26,639 nucleotides of DNA from a virus (IMGVR_UViG_3300008266_000398:1-26639); one strand, 5' to 3'. Positions 5,878 through 16,159 are shown, counted from the first letter of the stretch. Notes: a model not told the origin generated them from the letters alone. Numbers and translations are program-made.

Positions 5878-6773
5878 TACAGCGTCACTTCCAGAGTCCA
5901 TGGGCTGCGCTCCTTCTGCTCGCCTACCCGGCGAGGCTTGATCGTGATGACCGGCGGGCCGAGGTGCGCGCCGGGCATCTTGTGTCGGTAGTTCTTGAAC
6001 GTCTCGTAGGTCGTCGGCGCGTGGTCGCCAGCTTTGGGCTCGATGTGCCCGACCTTGTAGGTGCCGGTCGATGCGACAAGCCGGGGCCACTCAGCGACGC
6101 CTGTACGGTTGACCCGAAGCGACGGGATCACCTGGGCGATGCGCGGCGCGTGGCTGTGGCCGCGCAGCAGGACATCCGCATCGGTGTAGCCAAGCTCGCG
6201 CTCCATGCCGTTGATGAGGTTCCCCGAGCCCGCGCGGCCGGCGGTCTGCCAGCCGTGGTGGATGTGGAACTTCATCGACCCGACGACCTTCTTCTGAACC
6301 TTGTGGGTCCAGGTCACATGGATAAAGCCGGAGTAACCGATCAGTCGGTTGAACAGACCTCCGCCGAGTTCCTTCGCCAGCTCGGTCATCAGATCGCGCT
6401 GGCAGTTCTTGGAGATGGTCATCTCATGGTTGCCCGATGCCACGCCCCAGATGCGCCCGGCCCACGGCTCGAGGATCTCCGCGGCGTGCTTGACCGTCTC
6501 GGTCGGGATCCCGCCGTCGGGGTCAAGCATCGCGTCGACATACCGCTGGGGCATGTAGCCCTGTGGGTGCCACCGCTTGTCGCCGGGCCCGATGAGTTCC
6601 CCGATGTCGCCCATGAGGATCAGGCGGGCGTTCGGGTTGTCCTGGTGCTTCTTGAGATCCGCACGGATCTGCGCCTCGTCGCAGTCTGCTGCGCCGAGGT
6701 GCCAGTCGCCCGTGGGGATCAGCGTGAACTCATCTCCGGTGTCGAACTGCTCGGAGATATGGACGACGCGCAT
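5877..6773 (-). CDS. Calcineurin-like metallophosphoesterase
   Basis: All five motifs are present: GDWH, MGD, GNHE, HHG and GHSH. Confidence 0.92.
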   Translation of the reverse strand: MRVVHISEQFDTGDEFTLIPTGDWHLGAADCDEAQIRADLKKHQDNPNARLILMGDIGELIGPGDKRWHPQGYMPQRYVDAMLDPDGGIPTETVKHAAEILEPWAGRIWGVASGNHEMTISKNCQRDLMTELAKELGGGLFNRLIGYSGFIHVTWTHKVQKKVVGSMKFHIHHGWQTAGRAGSGNLINGMERELGYTDADVLLRGHSHAPRIAQVIPSLRVNRTGVAEWPRLVASTGTYKVGHIEPKAGDHAPTTYETFKNYRHKMPGAHLGPPVITIKPRRVGEQKERSPWTLEVTL

Positions 6774-6775
6774 GG

Positions 6776-7039
6776 CTAGTCGTCAAGCCCGGCGAGGAAG
6801 CCCTCAACGCTGACCGCCTGCGCGCCGTCGTCGGGCCCGCCGTCTGACCAGATGGCGAGCGTGTTGGCCTGCCAGGAGCGCAGCACCGAGAGAACACTGG
6901 TGACGACTCCGGCAATGATCGAAAGCGTGAGCGGAACGGCGGTGCCTGCGCCGTCAAGCCCGGTAATCACTGCGCCGATGGCGGCGGCAGCGATGGTGAG
7001 GACGGCGACGACCGTCGAGATACCAACAGGGACCTTCAT
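6776..7039 (-). CDS. Putative holin
   Basis: 87 aa with two hydrophobic helices and an AAGGAG RBS; directly after the endolysin. Confidence 0.72.
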   Translation of the reverse strand: MKVPVGISTVVAVLTIAAAAIGAVITGLDGAGTAVPLTLSIIAGVVTSVLSVLRSWQANTLAIWSDGGPDDGAQAVSVEGFLAGLDD

Positions 7040-7060
7040 GTGACGCTCCTTTGGTGGTTG

Positions 7061-7750
7061 CTACACGACGCGGATGAAGCACTGCACCTGGGACACGTTG
7101 CGGTCCCGGCGCATCACTTCTCCGCCGTTTGAGTTGTTGCTGAACGAGGTGTTGCCCTCGATGCTCTGGAAACGGCCGCTGCGAACCGGCGTCTCCAGAA
7201 TCCCGATGTGGTCTGAAGTCCCGTCTCCGCCCCAGTCGAAGCAGACGAGATCCCCGGGGCGGGCCCTCTCGGCGGAGACGACGCGCAGGCCATCCTCATT
7301 GCGACGGGCGGTCGCGACGTAGTCAGGGACGTAGGCATTGTTGAAGCCCTTGAGCGGCCTGCCGGCCTTGCCATACGCCCATGCCATCAGGGCTCCACAC
7401 CATGGCCATCCCGTCCCCCCGAGCGACGATGCCGCCTGGAACTCGCGGACCCTTGGCCCACTGTTGCTGCCGGGCGGATGCTCCTTGATGCCGATCTCGC
7501 CCTGCGCGAACCTCAGAGCGCGCTGCGGAGTGGTGAGCTTCGGCGCGATGGCGGCGTCAAGGCCGCCGTTCCACTTACCGGTGACGCCGGCCTCGCCGTA
7601 GAGGTGGCGCTGAACGCGCTTGATCAGCTCACGGCAGGCCGAGCCGCAGTAGGGGTTGATGCGGTAGCCGCTCGGGATGGCGATCCCCTTCGAGAGGGCA
7701 TACGCCTTCAGCCGCTTCTTGCGTCCGATCCAGCGGGGGTCAAGCTTCAT
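7061..7750 (-). CDS. Endolysin, CHAP-domain amidase/peptidase
   Basis: Motifs PWCGALM (Cys), PGDLVCF, DHIG (His) and IEGNT. Confidence 0.9.
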   Translation of the reverse strand: MKLDPRWIGRKKRLKAYALSKGIAIPSGYRINPYCGSACRELIKRVQRHLYGEAGVTGKWNGGLDAAIAPKLTTPQRALRFAQGEIGIKEHPPGSNSGPRVREFQAASSLGGTGWPWCGALMAWAYGKAGRPLKGFNNAYVPDYVATARRNEDGLRVVSAERARPGDLVCFDWGGDGTSDHIGILETPVRSGRFQSIEGNTSFSNNSNGGEVMRRDRNVSQVQCFIRVV

Positions 7751-8037
7751 GTCGTCAGCCTCACTGCGATGTCGATGGCGGTGCTGACGACAGCGAGCGC
7801 CAGCGCGAACAGGAGTGTGTAGAGGGAACGCTTGATCCCAGCCATGTCTCGGCCGAGCAGCTTGACGTCCTCTGCCAGGACGTTCTGCCTCTCATCCATG
7901 CGTGCGAGGATCTCGGTGCGCGCCGCGTCCGACTGCTCGAGCCGGTCCATGCGGTTCTCCAACTGATCGACGCGCCACTGGATCTGGCCGTGGTTGACGG
8001 GCGAGGGATCGGGGTTCACTGCTTCATATCCTTGCAC
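7747..8037 (-). CDS. Coiled-coil protein with C-terminal TM helix (lysis-cassette membrane protein)
   Basis: Heptad-like RVDQLENRMDRLEQ followed by LYTLLFALALAVVSTAI; ATGA overlap with the endolysin. The start may be GTG 8019. Confidence 0.7.
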   Translation of the reverse strand: MQGYEAVNPDPSPVNHGQIQWRVDQLENRMDRLEQSDAARTEILARMDERQNVLAEDVKLLGRDMAGIKRSLYTLLFALALAVVSTAIDIAVRLTT

Positions 8038-8063
8038 TTGTGCATGACGTTACGCATTCCTAA

Positions 8064-9170
8064 CTACAGCTTCCTGACGCCCACATGGATGTGGTCGAAG
8101 TGGCCCGGCGTGCGCCATCCGATCTGGTAGCGGTAGCCGCCCTTGTTGATATTGAGCCAAGAGCCGCCCTTGTAGGACGGCTGCCCGAAGTAGCGCATCA
8201 GGTTGCCGAGGAGCTTGTCGCCCTCGGCCACGTTCGGGACTCCGAGATCAAGGCCATACGCAGTGCTGCTTCCCTGCCAATGGTCGGACACTCCGCCTGA
8301 TGCTGTGTTCTGGCGGGAACGCTTCTGCGAGAGCCAGCGGCCTGCGGTGTTCGGCTTGTAGCCGGTCTGCTGCGCCCACTGCAGGAACTGGAGAGCCTTC
8401 GGCATGGAGCCGCCCCAATTGCCACCCGCGCCACCCTTGGTGATGCCGCGCGAGTCGACACCTCCATAGGGGATGCCGAGCGAGCCAACGGCAATGTCGC
8501 CGCCCTGCGGCTGCGTGTTCGGTCCAGCGGCAGGCACGTTCCCCCCGCCGATGTTCCTAGTGCCGATGCCGTCGATCACGGCCTGTCGGATCTTGAGCCC
8601 CAGCTCGCGGTCGTAGCCTCCGCCACCCTTGATGCGCTCGGTCTGCTGGCGCATCAGGTTCATCAGGTTGGTTGTGTTGAGCCCGCCGGCGATGGTGCCG
8701 CTGGGTGTCGCACCAGGCGCAGCGGCCGGTACGGCGCCCGGGCTGATGTATGCCTTCGACGCGTCACCACCGCTCTTGCGGCCGATGTTGATGATGTTCC
8801 GCGTGTGGCCGTCAGGGTCGTTGTTCGGTCCGTTGGCCGCGCCTCGAGGGGTGTAGATGTTGATCATCCCTACGAGCCCCGACTTGCCATACGCCTGCCG
8901 GTACCCGAGGCCCTTGTTATTCAGCGTCTCAACGAGCTTCTGCGTTGCTTGGGTGTAGTTGCCGAAGCGGAACCCCATGAGGCCGTAGGGGTTGTTCTTG
9001 CCAACGGCGTAGCCGAGACGACCGAAGTTGCTCTCGGCACCAGCGATGCCGACGACCAGCGCCGGGTTGATCCCTCCGCGTGACGCGACGTCATAGATGC
9101 GGTCCGCCTCGCGTGCCATCGGTGTGCCGGCCAGTGCGCGCCGGAATCCTTCGCGTGTGGGTACTGACAT
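8064..9170 (-). CDS. Putative virion-associated peptidoglycan hydrolase: N-terminal lysozyme-like domain plus C-terminal M15/LAS-like Zn peptidase
   Basis: GINPALVVGIAGAESNFG...NNPYGL (lysozyme-fold catalytic Glu) and SDH...AYGLD...HFDHIHVG (H, D and HxH zinc ligands), joined by Gly/Pro/Ala linkers. Confidence 0.75.
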   Translation of the reverse strand: MSVPTREGFRRALAGTPMAREADRIYDVASRGGINPALVVGIAGAESNFGRLGYAVGKNNPYGLMGFRFGNYTQATQKLVETLNNKGLGYRQAYGKSGLVGMINIYTPRGAANGPNNDPDGHTRNIINIGRKSGGDASKAYISPGAVPAAAPGATPSGTIAGGLNTTNLMNLMRQQTERIKGGGGYDRELGLKIRQAVIDGIGTRNIGGGNVPAAGPNTQPQGGDIAVGSLGIPYGGVDSRGITKGGAGGNWGGSMPKALQFLQWAQQTGYKPNTAGRWLSQKRSRQNTASGGVSDHWQGSSTAYGLDLGVPNVAEGDKLLGNLMRYFGQPSYKGGSWLNINKGGYRYQIGWRTPGHFDHIHVGVRKL

Positions 9171-12100
9171 CTACCCTTCCTTCCTCTTGGCGGCACGCGC
9201 CTGATTCTCTCCGCGCTTGAGCGCGTTCCTATTCCGCGTTCGTGCGCGGACCGTCCGGACCTGCGATCGGTACGCCTGAGCGCCGGGGGTGCGCGTTCGG
9301 TCGACGCGCGTCGTCGGGAAACCAGCGAGCCCTGTGATGAAGGCCATGGCGTCGCGCGGCACAGACGATGGGATGCGTGGGTCGGGCGCTACCAGGCGAG
9401 CAGTCTCTTCCGGCTTCCGGCCTCCGTACCAGTAGGAGAACAACTGCTGCATCGACGCATCCTCGTAGGGCTCTCCGCCTGCGAGGAATCGACGCAGGGT
9501 TGGCGCCTGCGGTGTGAAGGCGCGGATCACGCGGTCAGCGAGGTCAGTCTCCTGACGGTCGAAACGGTTACCACCCGTTGTCGGACTGGATGAAATGACG
9601 TTCCCGGTCCCCGTGTCAAAGCGCGCCTGTGAGCCCGGGCTGAACCTGAGCGGCACGCCGGCGGGCGTCTCTCCGCTGACAGCGGTGTAAAGCTCACCGA
9701 ACACCGGACCCGCCTGCTGCGCGCCGAAGCGAATGAGGTCCGTTGCCGTGCGACCGACGAATGCAAGCGGGTCGTTGCCTGCCGTCTGGACCCTCTCGCC
9801 GAAGCGGACAACGAAATCTGAGCTGTCTCGAGCCGACTCGAAGATGTTGGCCGGGCCTACATTGGTCAGCAGGTTCCCGCCCCACATGATCGCACCGGGA
9901 CGGCTGTATGCGGACTCACTCGCCTCAAGTCCATAGAGGTCGTAAGCCATCATCGAACCGATCCCGAGGAGTGCGGCACGCTTAGGGTGCTTGAAGGGGA
10001 GGGCAAAAGCCAAGCGGTGGATTGAGCGCATCCATCCGTAGAACGGGAACACGCGCCGCATGACGGCTTTCTCAAACCCGTTGTACCGGGAGTAGTTGCC
10101 CATGAACCGCTCGGTGACGAGTATCGCCTCGTCGATGATCTGGTTGGCGCCCGTGTCACCCTTCGCTGCGCTCTTCGCAACGTCCAGCCACGCGGCGGCG
10201 AGACGGGCCTCGCTTACCGGCCCCGGGCCGATGATGTTTGCGTCGCGCAGCCCCTGCTTTGCCGCGTGCCAGAACATCGCCTTGCGCGGGACGGACTCGA
10301 ACATCTCATTGATCTCGAAGCCCTTGTAGATGATTCGCTGGTACACGTTGCGCGAGGGCAGGCCAGACGAGCGACGGGCGTACTCACCCATCTCCTCAGG
10401 AAGGCCGCGCCACGCGATCCGGCCAGGCAGCGCAGTGAGGAGTGCCGGGTTGCGGGCCATGGAGATCGCCTGCAGGTCGGCTCCCGCGCCAAGCGCGAAC
10501 TGGCCCCACATACCGACCATGTTGATGATGTACCAGCGCGGGTTGAGCGCCAGCACGTTGCCCTTCCAAAGAGACACCAAGTAGTCGACGGCGCGACCGG
10601 TGCGCGTGGGGGAGGGGCCAAGAGCGGTGACCCAGCCTTCATAGACAGACTTCGGAATCACATACTTCTGACCAGCGCCCGGGATGTTCGACTCGTCAAT
10701 TGCCTTAGCTAGGCGCGCACCCGCGGGGGTGTCAATCGACGCGGTGGATATCTTGGCGAGCTGGGCCTGAGTGACGAGCTGGAAGTCCTTGGGGTTGCGT
10801 TCCACCAACTTCTCAGCGGACCGCCCGGTGATGAGCTGGCCCGTCTCCGCGTCCTTGAGGGCGTTCCGGTCGATGATCCCCGCAGCCTGCTCCGAGCGGA
10901 CCACAGAGTCAGTGGCCTCCGTAAACGCGGTGATGGGGAGGTTCGGGGTCGCACCGACATCACCGCGCTCGTAGAGGGTTCCTGCGTTGAACCTATCCCG
11001 CTGTGGCGCCATTCGCGCAGAGGACACGCGGGCAGCGATGCTCTGTGACACCGGACGACGGCCAAAGACCGTCCGCATAAAACCCTGCCGCTCCTCGAAC
11101 ATGGGGCGCTGCGGGACGTAGGTTCCGGGCTCAAGGCGGGCCACTTCATCCTCGTCGTAGCCCACATACATCTTGCTCTTGGCGAAGTCCTTGGCCCGCC
11201 TCTCCTCGCCCTTCGCAGCCTTGCGCTGGCGCTGGAGATCCTTCCCGACCTTCACGCCGGCAGCCTTGCGTGCGGCGATCTCGGCGTCGATGTCCTCAAG
11301 GCGTGCAGCGGCTGCCTGGTAGCGCGTACTCCGCTGGAGCGCCTCCTCATTGATCGCCTTGATGGCGGGCTTGTCGCCAGCGGCCTGCGCCTTGGCGCGC
11401 ATAACCGACGTTCCGCCCAGCGCCTGGATGAGTGGGCGCTCACCAGCGAACTGTGCAGCCGAGGGGCTGATGACGCGGCTCCTCAACTTCATGGCGGTCG
11501 AACCCTCATACAGCGGACGAGCAGTGTCGATGACCCGCTGCACACGCGCTGGGCGCGTCTCTGGGTCAAGCCACTCTTCGGGGATCGCCTCTAGGCGCTC
11601 AAGGCGTCCTTCGTAGCGCGTGCGTTCCTTGGGCGACAAACCGTCGGTTGCGAGGGTGCGCTTGACGTTCTCAATCTCGCGATCAAGACCGAAGCGGCGG
11701 CTGCCACGGATAGGCTGCGCCTTGCCAGAAAGGACAAGGTCGCGCAGTTCGCTGACCAGTTCAACCTCAGACGCTGGCAGGCCGTCCTTCTTCCCCGTGC
11801 CCTTGATCGCGCGAAGCGAGGAGATGTAGGGAGCTGCGACGGCACCAACGATCTTGGAGCGGTCCTCAAGAACTTGGTATCCCGCGCCCAAAGCGTCCTT
11901 GCGGGAAAGTGACTGGTAGGAGGGCTGAAGGCCAAGGGTGCGGCGGATCGGCTCGTAGACCCGGCGCTGGGTTGCGCGAGTGATCGGGTCAGCGGACCGC
12001 GGGCGCAGTGGGACTTCGATGTCCTTTGCAGGTCGGACGATGCGGCCGTCAACCTCAATGGCCTCAGGGGTTACGGTGCGCGTGCCCCGGGAGCGAGGGG

Positions 12101-13157
12101 CGCCGGGCAGCGTTGACTTGCTGCCGAAGTCAGCGGCACGCTGGCTGGCGCGGTACGCACGCTTGCCGAATACCGAACCGAACGCCTGCAGGTCGTCGTC
12201 AATGCTCTCAAGCGCGCTACGGAACCGCTTCTCCGCACCGGGCGGCAACTTGGTCGGGCGGCTCCGCCTGATCTGGCGGGCGCCACGGACGCCGCCGCCC
12301 TGCTTGATGTCACGGGCAAGGCGTCCGGTACGGCCAACAGTGCGGGAAGTGGCACCCGTCGCGGACCCCACCACCGACTTCCCGCCCATAAAGGTAAGGA
12401 TGACTTCGAGCGGGCGCTCGCGGAATGTCCCGAGCGGGTCCTTGACGAAGTTGGTCGCAAGGTCAACGGTCTGCCGGCCGACGTTCTCCGCGAAGTCGGC
12501 AGGGCGGGTCACAAGTCGCTTGGTTGCCTGGCGGCCTTCCTGCTTGTTGGCGTAGGTGAGCGATACCGGGTTCGTGGCCGTGAACAGGTCACGGGCGGTC
12601 CCGATGATCGGTGCGGCAATGGCGACCGGAGCGCCAGCGATGAACTTGGCCGTTTGCCCCGCAAGGTTGCTGGCCGTCTCACCGATGTAGTTGGTGACGA
12701 CGTTGCCTTGGTCACGGAGCGCAGCACGCTGATTGCCAGCGCGAATGCGCGCGTACTGGACTGCGCGGCGCTCTGACTCAGTGATGTTCCTCGGGAGTTC
12801 GCGACCGCTGTCGTCGATAGGCTGCCAAAGGGGGATGCGGCGCCCGCCGACTGACACGAATGGGATGACGGACCCGCGCTCCACGCGAGGAGCAACAGTC
12901 TTCTTCGGTGCCGGTGTACGTCTCTTCGGCAACTGGTCAACGCGGATAACCTGAGTCCCGATACGCGCATAGCCACCGCCGGGAAGCTTTACCGGCGCCG
13001 GCGGTCCAGCAACGCGAACAGAGCGGCCCTTCTTATCGACAAGGAGTATGCGACCGCCGTCAGTGCGCTTCTGCGGGCTGCGCTTCTGCGGCGCCTTTGG
13101 CGCGGGTCGGCTAATCCCCGAACGCTGGAGTACTCCGACAAGCGGGTTGCTAGCCAC
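9171..13157 (-). CDS. Large basic virion protein, putative ejection/internal core protein
   Basis: 1328 aa, Arg/Ala-rich. Its position after the nozzle and before lysis genes matches podovirus ejection proteins. No enzymatic motif recognised. Confidence 0.6.
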   Translation of the reverse strand: MASNPLVGVLQRSGISRPAPKAPQKRSPQKRTDGGRILLVDKKGRSVRVAGPPAPVKLPGGGYARIGTQVIRVDQLPKRRTPAPKKTVAPRVERGSVIPFVSVGGRRIPLWQPIDDSGRELPRNITESERRAVQYARIRAGNQRAALRDQGNVVTNYIGETASNLAGQTAKFIAGAPVAIAAPIIGTARDLFTATNPVSLTYANKQEGRQATKRLVTRPADFAENVGRQTVDLATNFVKDPLGTFRERPLEVILTFMGGKSVVGSATGATSRTVGRTGRLARDIKQGGGVRGARQIRRSRPTKLPPGAEKRFRSALESIDDDLQAFGSVFGKRAYRASQRAADFGSKSTLPGAPRSRGTRTVTPEAIEVDGRIVRPAKDIEVPLRPRSADPITRATQRRVYEPIRRTLGLQPSYQSLSRKDALGAGYQVLEDRSKIVGAVAAPYISSLRAIKGTGKKDGLPASEVELVSELRDLVLSGKAQPIRGSRRFGLDREIENVKRTLATDGLSPKERTRYEGRLERLEAIPEEWLDPETRPARVQRVIDTARPLYEGSTAMKLRSRVISPSAAQFAGERPLIQALGGTSVMRAKAQAAGDKPAIKAINEEALQRSTRYQAAAARLEDIDAEIAARKAAGVKVGKDLQRQRKAAKGEERRAKDFAKSKMYVGYDEDEVARLEPGTYVPQRPMFEERQGFMRTVFGRRPVSQSIAARVSSARMAPQRDRFNAGTLYERGDVGATPNLPITAFTEATDSVVRSEQAAGIIDRNALKDAETGQLITGRSAEKLVERNPKDFQLVTQAQLAKISTASIDTPAGARLAKAIDESNIPGAGQKYVIPKSVYEGWVTALGPSPTRTGRAVDYLVSLWKGNVLALNPRWYIINMVGMWGQFALGAGADLQAISMARNPALLTALPGRIAWRGLPEEMGEYARRSSGLPSRNVYQRIIYKGFEINEMFESVPRKAMFWHAAKQGLRDANIIGPGPVSEARLAAAWLDVAKSAAKGDTGANQIIDEAILVTERFMGNYSRYNGFEKAVMRRVFPFYGWMRSIHRLAFALPFKHPKRAALLGIGSMMAYDLYGLEASESAYSRPGAIMWGGNLLTNVGPANIFESARDSSDFVVRFGERVQTAGNDPLAFVGRTATDLIRFGAQQAGPVFGELYTAVSGETPAGVPLRFSPGSQARFDTGTGNVISSSPTTGGNRFDRQETDLADRVIRAFTPQAPTLRRFLAGGEPYEDASMQQLFSYWYGGRKPEETARLVAPDPRIPSSVPRDAMAFITGLAGFPTTRVDRTRTPGAQAYRSQVRTVRARTRNRNALKRGENQARAAKRKEG

Positions 13158-14667
13158 GGCCGACCAACTGGATCGCCTGGTCGATGATCGCGTTCCTGAC
13201 GTTCTTGTTAGTGACTCCAGCCAAGATCAAGAAACTGTCGACCTCGCCGCGCTTACCCTTCTTGAGGGTGGGGAAGAGGCTGATGTTCGTCTTGATGAAG
13301 ACCGCAGCAGCAGAAATCCTTTGCTGTGGCGTCTTACCCCAAGTAGAGGGCTTCGCCTGACCCGTCGCTGGGTCAGTCTCACCCGGTGACCACTTGTTCT
13401 TGAAGTCATTGATGCGAGCAGCCCGAGCAGAGTCAGACGGAGCGCCGCCAGAACCGCCACCCGAACCGCCCGGCTTCGGGTTCCACCAGTCGCCGTTCGC
13501 ATCCTGCACCGCACCCGGCTTACGCCACTTAGCGCCTGCGCCCTTTGGCAGCTTGCTGTAACCGCGCAAGAGGTCGCTTGGCTGCAGCTGGCCGGCGCGG
13601 GCATTGTCTGCGGCGTCATCCGCAGCAGCGATGTCCTGACCGCGCTGGGTCACAGCGCGTGCCGCAGCCCGGTCCCCAGAGACGATCAGCGAGTTGATCA
13701 TCGACTGATCAAGCTTCAGCATCTCCAGATCCATCTTGTCCTTCGCGGCCTTCTCGGCGGCCTTCTGCTCCGCGATCCACTGATCCATCTTCAGCCGCTC
13801 GGACTGGCGCTTCTGGCCGTACTGGTTGAGGAGCCCGGCTCCGTAGCCCATGGCCGATCCGAGAAACGACTGACCCATCTTCTCGGCCTCGAGCCCGCCG
13901 AGCGCGGTGCGCGCTCCGGCGTCGATGTTGCGGGCGGCGGTGGCCGTCGCTGCCATCGACTGCGCGGCGCCGAGCGCGTTCTGGTTCGGAGCCTGGACCG
14001 TGCCGCCGGTCATGCCCGCCACCTGCGGCGTGGTCATCGCAGCGGCGACGTTGCCGGCCGAGCCCGCGTAGTTCTGGATCGCGTTGTTGTACGACCCGCC
14101 GGCCGCCAGCCGCTGCGCGGTCAGCGCCTGCGACGCTGCGGTGATCTGCGGGTTGTAGGTGTTGGTGAGGTAGTTCTGGAAGCCCGTGTAAGTGTCGTCC
14201 ATCCCCCTCAAGTAGTTCTTGATGAAGGGGTAGTCGTTGTAGTCCGCGTAGGGGTCGGGCGGAGCGGCAGGGCCCGGCGTGCCGCCCGCGCCGGGGCCGG
14301 TGGGAGCGGCACCGGCCCCGGGGGCAGCCCCGGGACGCCTGACGACAAGGCGCCCGCGGCCATCGGGTCCGGTGTTGGACCGCTGGATCGTCGGGCGCGC
14401 TCCGGTGCCCGCAATGTTGAGGAGGACGTTCCCCTGCTGATCCATGACCAGGTCACGGACCCCGTTGCCGACGCGGCGGCGCACGACGCGCAGGCCACCG
14501 ACGTTCGGGAGGGCGAACTCCGGCGTGTCCATACGCTCGCGCACGACGCGCCCCGGGCGCGGCTGGGTCACCAAGCGCGGGCCACCAGGGGCGTCGAAGT
14601 TCGCCTGCGGGATGAACCCGTTGTCGGTGGGAAGGCGGAACTGGGGGTACCTGCGTCGGCGTGCCAT
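13150..14667 (-). CDS. Putative internal virion/ejection protein
   Basis: 505 aa, Ala/Gly/Gln-rich helical segments with Gly-Pro and GS linkers; synteny. Confidence 0.55.
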   Translation of the reverse strand: MARRRRYPQFRLPTDNGFIPQANFDAPGGPRLVTQPRPGRVVRERMDTPEFALPNVGGLRVVRRRVGNGVRDLVMDQQGNVLLNIAGTGARPTIQRSNTGPDGRGRLVVRRPGAAPGAGAAPTGPGAGGTPGPAAPPDPYADYNDYPFIKNYLRGMDDTYTGFQNYLTNTYNPQITAASQALTAQRLAAGGSYNNAIQNYAGSAGNVAAAMTTPQVAGMTGGTVQAPNQNALGAAQSMAATATAARNIDAGARTALGGLEAEKMGQSFLGSAMGYGAGLLNQYGQKRQSERLKMDQWIAEQKAAEKAAKDKMDLEMLKLDQSMINSLIVSGDRAAARAVTQRGQDIAAADDAADNARAGQLQPSDLLRGYSKLPKGAGAKWRKPGAVQDANGDWWNPKPGGSGGGSGGAPSDSARAARINDFKNKWSPGETDPATGQAKPSTWGKTPQQRISAAAVFIKTNISLFPTLKKGKRGEVDSFLILAGVTNKNVRNAIIDQAIQLVGRG

Positions 14668-14669
14668 GT

Positions 14670-15575
14670 CTACCTAGCCCTCACTACCCACTTGGGGACG
14701 CGACGTCCATTGACGATTTGCGACTCCTGCACGATCCGGTAGTTGCCGGGGCCGAACTGGCTATCGGCCCACGTTGTCGTCGGCTGCGACCTACCCGACC
14801 AGAGGGTCGACCCTGATGCGCGGGCGGGAGTTGACGGGGGAGGAGGAGTTGCAGACACGGGCTCCGACGCAGGCGGCGTAGCAGCCGGCGTCGGCGCTGG
14901 CCGCTGAAGTTCCTGAGTTGCAGCCCACTGCGTGTCAGCGCCATACAGGCTCTGGATCTGGCCGAGCGTCTGAACGGCAAGGCCGGTCAACGGATCGAAG
15001 TTCCGGTTGGCGATCTCGTTGATCTGGTTCGAGTACTGGTTCACGATGGCGCGGGCCTGCTCGCCAACGCGCTGGAGGGCGGACCCGACCATCTGATCAG
15101 CGAACCCAGAACTAAGCATCCCTCGAGCGTTCGCCTGAGCGCGGGCGCTGAGAACAGCCTGACGCTCGTTCCTGCCGAGCTGGTCGGGCCTGTAGTCCAT
15201 CATCAGTGACTCATCGACGTTCGGCGTCGACGGGTCGTCGGCGCGGAACGAGACGCCGCCGAAGCCTCGAAGGGCGTCGCGTGCGTTGTTGCGCGCCTGA
15301 CCGAGTTGCGTCGCAACGCGCTCGTTCAAGCCCGGGACGTACCCCGGCTGCCCAGGCGTGCCCGATCCGTAGAGGCCAGCAGCCAATGACGCGATGTTCC
15401 CTTGGTTCGGCGCGGCAGCCTGATTGTTCGGACCAATGGGCGAGTAGCCCGTTACGGTCGTCCAGTTGGGGTTCGCTGTTGGCAACGTAACCGACGTCTG
15501 GTTCGGCAGCCGAACCGGCGTCTGCGTCGGGGCGCGCGGTATGTAGGTGATCGGGTTGAAGTAGTTGGTACTCAC
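14670..15575 (-). CDS. Putative internal virion/ejection protein (301 aa)
   Basis: Start reassigned to GTG 15575 (GTGA overlap). The NARGMLSSG motif and Gln/Ala helices resemble podovirus small ejection proteins. Confidence 0.55.
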   Translation of the reverse strand: MSTNYFNPITYIPRAPTQTPVRLPNQTSVTLPTANPNWTTVTGYSPIGPNNQAAAPNQGNIASLAAGLYGSGTPGQPGYVPGLNERVATQLGQARNNARDALRGFGGVSFRADDPSTPNVDESLMMDYRPDQLGRNERQAVLSARAQANARGMLSSGFADQMVGSALQRVGEQARAIVNQYSNQINEIANRNFDPLTGLAVQTLGQIQSLYGADTQWAATQELQRPAPTPAATPPASEPVSATPPPPSTPARASGSTLWSGRSQPTTTWADSQFGPGNYRIVQESQIVNGRRVPKWVVRAR

Positions 15576-16159
15576 AGTTCCACCACTGTCAGGAAGGGAC
15601 GGGAGGAGCGGGTCATGAGCGGCGTCGTCGTGGCAAGCGCGTCGACCTTCCAGACCATGGAGTAGGTGTGGGTCCCGGCGCTCGGCTGCGCGAACCACAC
15701 TCCCGTCGTCATCGGGACGGGACCGGCCTTCTTGTAGACGAGCCCGAGGCTCCCGGTTACCTCGGCACCGTCGATACGCACGCTGAAGTAGACGGTGTCG
15801 CTAGCGCCGAGTGACCCATTCTCACCGCAGCGGATCATGATCATGACCGGCCGTCCCGAGGTCAGAAGCGACCCGGTCAGCTCCGCGCTGACATCAACGA
15901 AACTCTTGGATGAGGTCTGGAAGTCCACCCCGACGACGGAGCTGTCGTAGGGGACGACCAGGTTGAGGTACCCGCGCTTGACGTTCTGGATGCCAAGCCC
16001 CGAGGAACCTTGACCGTTTGGCGAGGCTTCCATCGGGGGAAACGTCGATGCGTTGACGCCGACGCGCAAGGCTTCGCGGATCATGGCCTCGGGCTGCGGA
16101 GCCATGACGTCGACGCCCGCACCGTCCTCGGGGAAGCCCCATGAGAACTGCGTACTCAT
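15572..16159 (-). CDS. Putative minor tail/structural protein
   Basis: 195 aa with a beta-rich C-terminal domain (SAGTHTYSMVWKV...LTVVEL); ATGA-coupled to the nozzle gene. Confidence 0.55.
   Translation of the reverse strand: MSTQFSWGFPEDGAGVDVMAPQPEAMIREALRVGVNASTFPPMEASPNGQGSSGLGIQNVKRGYLNLVVPYDSSVVGVDFQTSSKSFVDVSAELTGSLLTSGRPVMIMIRCGENGSLGASDTVYFSVRIDGAEVTGSLGLVYKKAGPVPMTTGVWFAQPSAGTHTYSMVWKVDALATTTPLMTRSSRPFLTVVEL

Noticed and set aside
9171-13157. Tape measure protein or virion RNA polymerase
   Set aside because: No upstream tail tube or chaperone genes, no Trp/Phe-periodic repeats, and no polymerase catalytic motifs were recognised.
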